A program made the position numbers and the translations under genes. A stretch of DNA of 64,000 nt from Antedon mediterranea (taxonomy: Eukaryota; Animalia; Echinodermata), in the NCBI RefSeq assembly GCF_964355755.1, contig NC_092676.1, positions 30,003,499 to 30,067,498 on the forward strand. The letters run 5' to 3'. The notes below the pieces were generated by a model. That model did not search any database and was not told where the DNA came from. It saw nothing but the letters and a program-made list of their open reading frames with translations. Below, piece after piece: positions 62,401 through 64,000 of this stretch (position 1 is the stretch's first letter; the number at the start of each line of letters is the position of its first letter).

Positions 62401-64000
62401 TATCTCACAGAGACACCTCACACATGTGAAGATTACTGTAACTGCACTTACTTAGAAAATCATCTGACTTTTGATAACTGTTCGAATTACGAACCACGAC
62501 CTTCTAACTGCACTTGTGGTTGCGTACCAGATTGTATTGAAGATATGATGTCTTGTGAAATAGACTGCTTAAATAATACATTCAGTAACGCTGATTTAAG
62601 CTCATGCTTAGCTGGTTGTAAGCGTGTTCAGGTAAACTGCACACAAGGATGCTGTATAGACACATGTGACAAAGATTTAGACTTGTGTCTGCTGAATAAC
62701 TGTGTTGAGTGCAATTATTTTGCAAACTGTTCTGTTGAGTTGAAATGTGCAGAACAGTGTATTTCAAAGAATGACGGCTGCAGTCAGACCTGCATTAGAT
62801 CACCAGTAACATGCCACGAGAACTGTTCGAGTGCATCATGGGATTGTTTATTAAATTGTAACCAACTTTGTGGAGAATCTACAAATACCAACTGCAAGGA
62901 GTATTGCTATTCAGACTGCCTAGCTGATGAAAACCGATGTCTTAGCGATTGCTGTTACACAGATTGCAATGTGAATGCAACTCTTTGTACTCAACAGTGT
63001 TCCACTGATTGTAGGCTTGATGGTAACTGCATTATATCATGTTTATCTAACTGTAATTCAACTGGATTTACTTGCAATGAAACATGCGCTGCTCAAGTTT
63101 ATGATTGTCAAGATAACTGTAACCAGAATTGTTCAGTAACCAGTTGTACAGTTATTATAGAAACGGATTGTGCTGAGGAAGAGGTCAATGACCTTGTGGA
63201 GAACATCTTAACAAACTATAGTTTAACAAATCTACATAATAATGGAATTATTGGTCTTGAAAAAGCTTCTTTGATGTTGACATCTGTAAATTGTTCCGGA
63301 AACTCTTGCACAACAGAGTTCCAGGTGACAAATACAAGCAGTAGTTGTTCTGCCACAGCTACAGAATACTGCCAAACAGATCTGGATTCATCTTGTGCTA
63401 TCAACTGCGTTGGTCTTTGTGAAGCAACGTCATCATGTATTGGGGAATATCTTAATTGTTTGGACACGTGTGGCAGTGACCCCACTGGGACTTGTGATGT
63501 AGTCTTATTAAGAAACGTTTCAATCGATTTCTGTTTAATTGATGCATTGAATTGTATTCTGATGATGAGTAACTGTTATTTAAGTTGTAATTCATCAGAA
63601 TCGTGTTTAAAATGTGATGACGTGTACTGTGCCAGTAATTACACCCAGTGCGTGGAAATAGTTACCATGGACAACAGAACATATTCAGCAGACAATGTCT
63701 TACATCAGACTTTAAATTTAACTGATGGTAATTCATGCTTGTCTGAATGTAATCGCAACTTAACCAAGTGTCAGCAAGTTTGCAGACAACATAATAACGT
63801 ATCATATATCTGTCATTCTACCTGTTTAAGAGGGCATTATGGCTGTGCGTCACAATGCTTGACGTACATCAACGAACAATCTATCTGTGGTATTGCTGAT
63901 TCTACTACAAATACCAATGAAACAAACTTAATACATAACAGTGAATGCAACAGACAATGTGAAGATGACTTAGTTATCTGTAAGCAGTTATTCTCGCACA
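41406..64000 (+). CDS. Giant multi-exon gene (≥33 coding exons, ≥10.9 kb CDS, ≥3,600 aa within the window; 3' end beyond the window): secreted/extracellular, heavily N-glycosylated, Cys-rich protein with EGF-like and WSC-like modules and a C-terminal CxxxC-repeat region; family not recognised
   Basis: Exons (all GT/AG, phases chain consistently end to end): 41406-41496 (ATG, signal peptide MGIDAAIAVFFAGFITLTIINTVVYPSSVN), 41731-41769, 41855-41949, 42167-42292, 42880-43047, 43363-43480, 43956-44279, 44818-45081, 45315-45419, 45619-46910, 47369-47492, 47802-47888, 48082-48279, 49170-49445, 49775-50662, 51095-51448, 51704-53917, 54136-54359, 54624-54775, 55037-55155, 55232-55491, 55860-56169, 56299-56471, 56680-56918, 57372-57520, 58890-59002, 59114-59257, 59729-59793, 60132-60333, 60916-61129, 61232-61267, 61363-61447, 62361-64000+. 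WSC-like signature LCLDHCR|RYDYAGLLKGAICLCG across exons 24/25. EGF-like CLCYSGFALNAESTC in exon 20. Confidence 0.75.
42495..42600. repeat. Possible tRNA-derived SINE fragment (box-B-like GGTTCAAATCC); related segment at 47925-47990
   Basis: …ggttggcaatgctttccttccaatcctaaggtccagggttcaaatcctgacc… vs …gcttggctaccaatccaagggtcctgggtttaagtc…. Confidence 0.3.
44472..44655. mobile_element. MITE family B copy in giant-gene intron 7, near-identical to 25806-25990
   Basis: cttaagcttggttcccactagaacgtaacgcaaggacgtaaacgcaacgcaa…cttgcgttgcattacgtccttgtgttgcgtcgctagtgggaa. Confidence 0.7.
45619..46910 (+). CDS. Giant gene exon 10 (1292 nt)
   Basis: Acceptor atttttag|CC, donor ACAGAG|GTCAGT. Open frame …IQKIPIKRPGYWVYNNPTFSDRNFTLKHEQ…ITVPEITTE with many NxS/T sequons. 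Confidence 0.75.
46969..47234. mobile_element. MITE family A copy with an internal duplication (gcccaaatatgctagtgatatgcttaaatatggtagtgatat x2) in giant-gene intron 10
   Basis: aaagctctgtcaaatcaaattagtttg…ggtttgatagtgtagacagagct. Confidence 0.7.
48285..48815. repeat. ~58-bp tandem repeat x9 beginning at the donor of giant-gene exon 13; every unit contains an acceptor-like ttttccag
   Basis: Unit actcacttttccagctcacatacatgttagcattctatcattactaataNgt. The first unit overlaps the intron's own 5' end (gtaatgtactgacattactaatatgtactcacttttccag). Confidence 0.9.
49661..49774. mobile_element. MITE family A, 3'-truncated copy ending exactly at the acceptor AG of giant-gene exon 15
   Basis: aaactgtctacactatcaaaccag…gtgcccaaatatggtagtgatgtgac…ccatatatgtacatttttttgtcacattttgcag| ; the right TIR is missing. 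Confidence 0.6.
49775..50662 (+). CDS. Giant gene exon 15 (888 nt); its acceptor abuts a truncated MITE
   Basis: Acceptor …gtcacattttgcag|GT, where the preceding 110 bp are a MITE-A copy; donor GAAGAAG|GTAATC. Encodes …AGICLQAQVKYEMSSFYQWGRYYPYTT…CLKETEE. Confidence 0.75.
51704..53917 (+). CDS. Giant gene exon 17 (2214 nt, 738 codons): extremely Cys- and N-glycosylation-site-rich extracellular segment
   Basis: Acceptor ttatatttgtag|GT, donor CCAG|GTAAAC. Contains ~28 N-x-S/T sequons and dense Cys spacing (…EENCTCSKPLTHYFDVDYPLDCGCESMYLVGHKRDLCNCTT…CQCSSDGLNCSCEF…SLCDCHITNGSPAKSCHCSGVCS…). Confidence 0.8.
53953..54050. mobile_element. MITE family A partial copy 36 bp downstream of the exon-17 donor
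   Basis: aagctctttctgcacactatcaaactattttgac…gtgcccaaataatatg…atggtagtggtgtgacatcagac. Confidence 0.55.
54826..54944. mobile_element. MITE family A copy in giant-gene intron 19
   Basis: aaagctctctctacactatcaaactttatgtgac…tagttagatagtgtacatagag. Confidence 0.7.
57489..58495. repeat. 52/66-bp tandem array (~18 units), each unit = last 32 nt of giant-gene exon 25 + GT donor + MITE-A terminal sequence
   Basis: aacccttgatcattgtagtacactctgtacag|gtacataaagctctgtctacactaca(aactagtttgatgc). The first unit is the genuine exon end (57489-57520) plus donor. The array ends in a MITE-A fragment at 58497-58548. Confidence 0.9.
59322..59508. repeat. 16-bp microsatellite-like tandem repeat x~12 (CTGCATACGTGGTGTA) in giant-gene intron 27
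   Basis: Direct reading. Confidence 0.9.
60527..60865. repeat. ~30-bp degenerate tandem repeats (caattaactgtacaattttt / caataaactgcacaatttgt) in giant-gene intron 29
   Basis: Direct reading. Confidence 0.8.
61518..62330. repeat. 30-bp minisatellite x~27 (TATAGTATAATAATACAGYTATGC) filling giant-gene intron 32
   Basis: Direct reading; C/T alternation at one position. Confidence 0.95.
62361..64000 (+). CDS. Giant gene exon 33 (open to window end, ≥1640 nt): CxxxC-repeat cysteine-rich region (~15% Cys)
   Basis: Acceptor cttatagtttttttttcag|T. Frame open for ~546 codons to the window edge. Absent from the ORF track because no stop falls inside the window. E.g. …CLADENRCLSDCCYTDCNVNATLCTQQCSTDCRLDGNCIISCLSNCNSTGFTCNETC…. 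Confidence 0.8.

Overview
This window is AT-rich eukaryotic (metazoan-type) nuclear DNA. It is not prokaryotic: genes are split by GT..AG introns with phase-consistent exons, and MITEs and intronic minisatellites are abundant. The supplied ORF track accepts alternative start codons (TTG/GTG) and often reads through introns, so I built gene models by hand from splice sites and protein-family motifs.

Protein-coding content, left to right:
1. A partial 3' coding exon of an unidentified gene (3-231, +).
2. A single-exon type-II carbohydrate 6-O-sulfotransferase (CHST-like; 2624-3913, +).
3. An 8-exon GH65 glycoside hydrolase resembling PGGHG/ATHL1 (6297-12977, +; 749 aa).
4. A 10-exon cytochrome P450 of the CYP7/CYP8/CYP39 clan (14226-17977, -; 450 aa).
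5. A speculative 2-exon small multi-pass membrane protein (18868-19693, +).
6. A canonical alpha-tubulin (20848-23145, -; coding exons 2-4 found, ATG-only exon 1 not located).
7. A strongly diverged alpha-tubulin-like tandem paralog (28079-30224, -).
8. An 8-exon HS2ST/UST-type 2-O-sulfotransferase-like gene (33265-37484, +). Its stem exon ends in an in-frame 57-bp tandem repeat, and each repeat copy carries its own GT donor.
9. A 2.5-kb pogo/Tigger-like element (38461-40998) with 24-bp perfect TIRs and TA target-site duplication. Its spliced ORF keeps the CENP-B-type paired HTH DNA-binding domains but replaces the DDE catalytic domain with an acidic EPVAEN repeat and a C-terminal C4HC3 zinc finger.
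10. The most striking feature: a phase-consistent 33-exon gene (41406 to beyond 64000, +) with at least ~10.9 kb of CDS. It encodes a signal-peptide-bearing, heavily N-glycosylated, cysteine-rich extracellular giant protein with EGF-like and WSC-like modules and a C-terminal run of CxxxC repeats. I cannot assign it to a known family.

Repeat content: at least 10 copies of a ~130-165 bp MITE (TIR GCTCTGTCTACACTATCAAAC), mostly in introns. One copy abuts a splice acceptor. Another seeded an ~18-copy tandem array that duplicates an exon's 3' end plus its splice donor. A second MITE family (GGTTCCCACTAG... TIRs), foldback structures and many intronic tandem arrays are also present.
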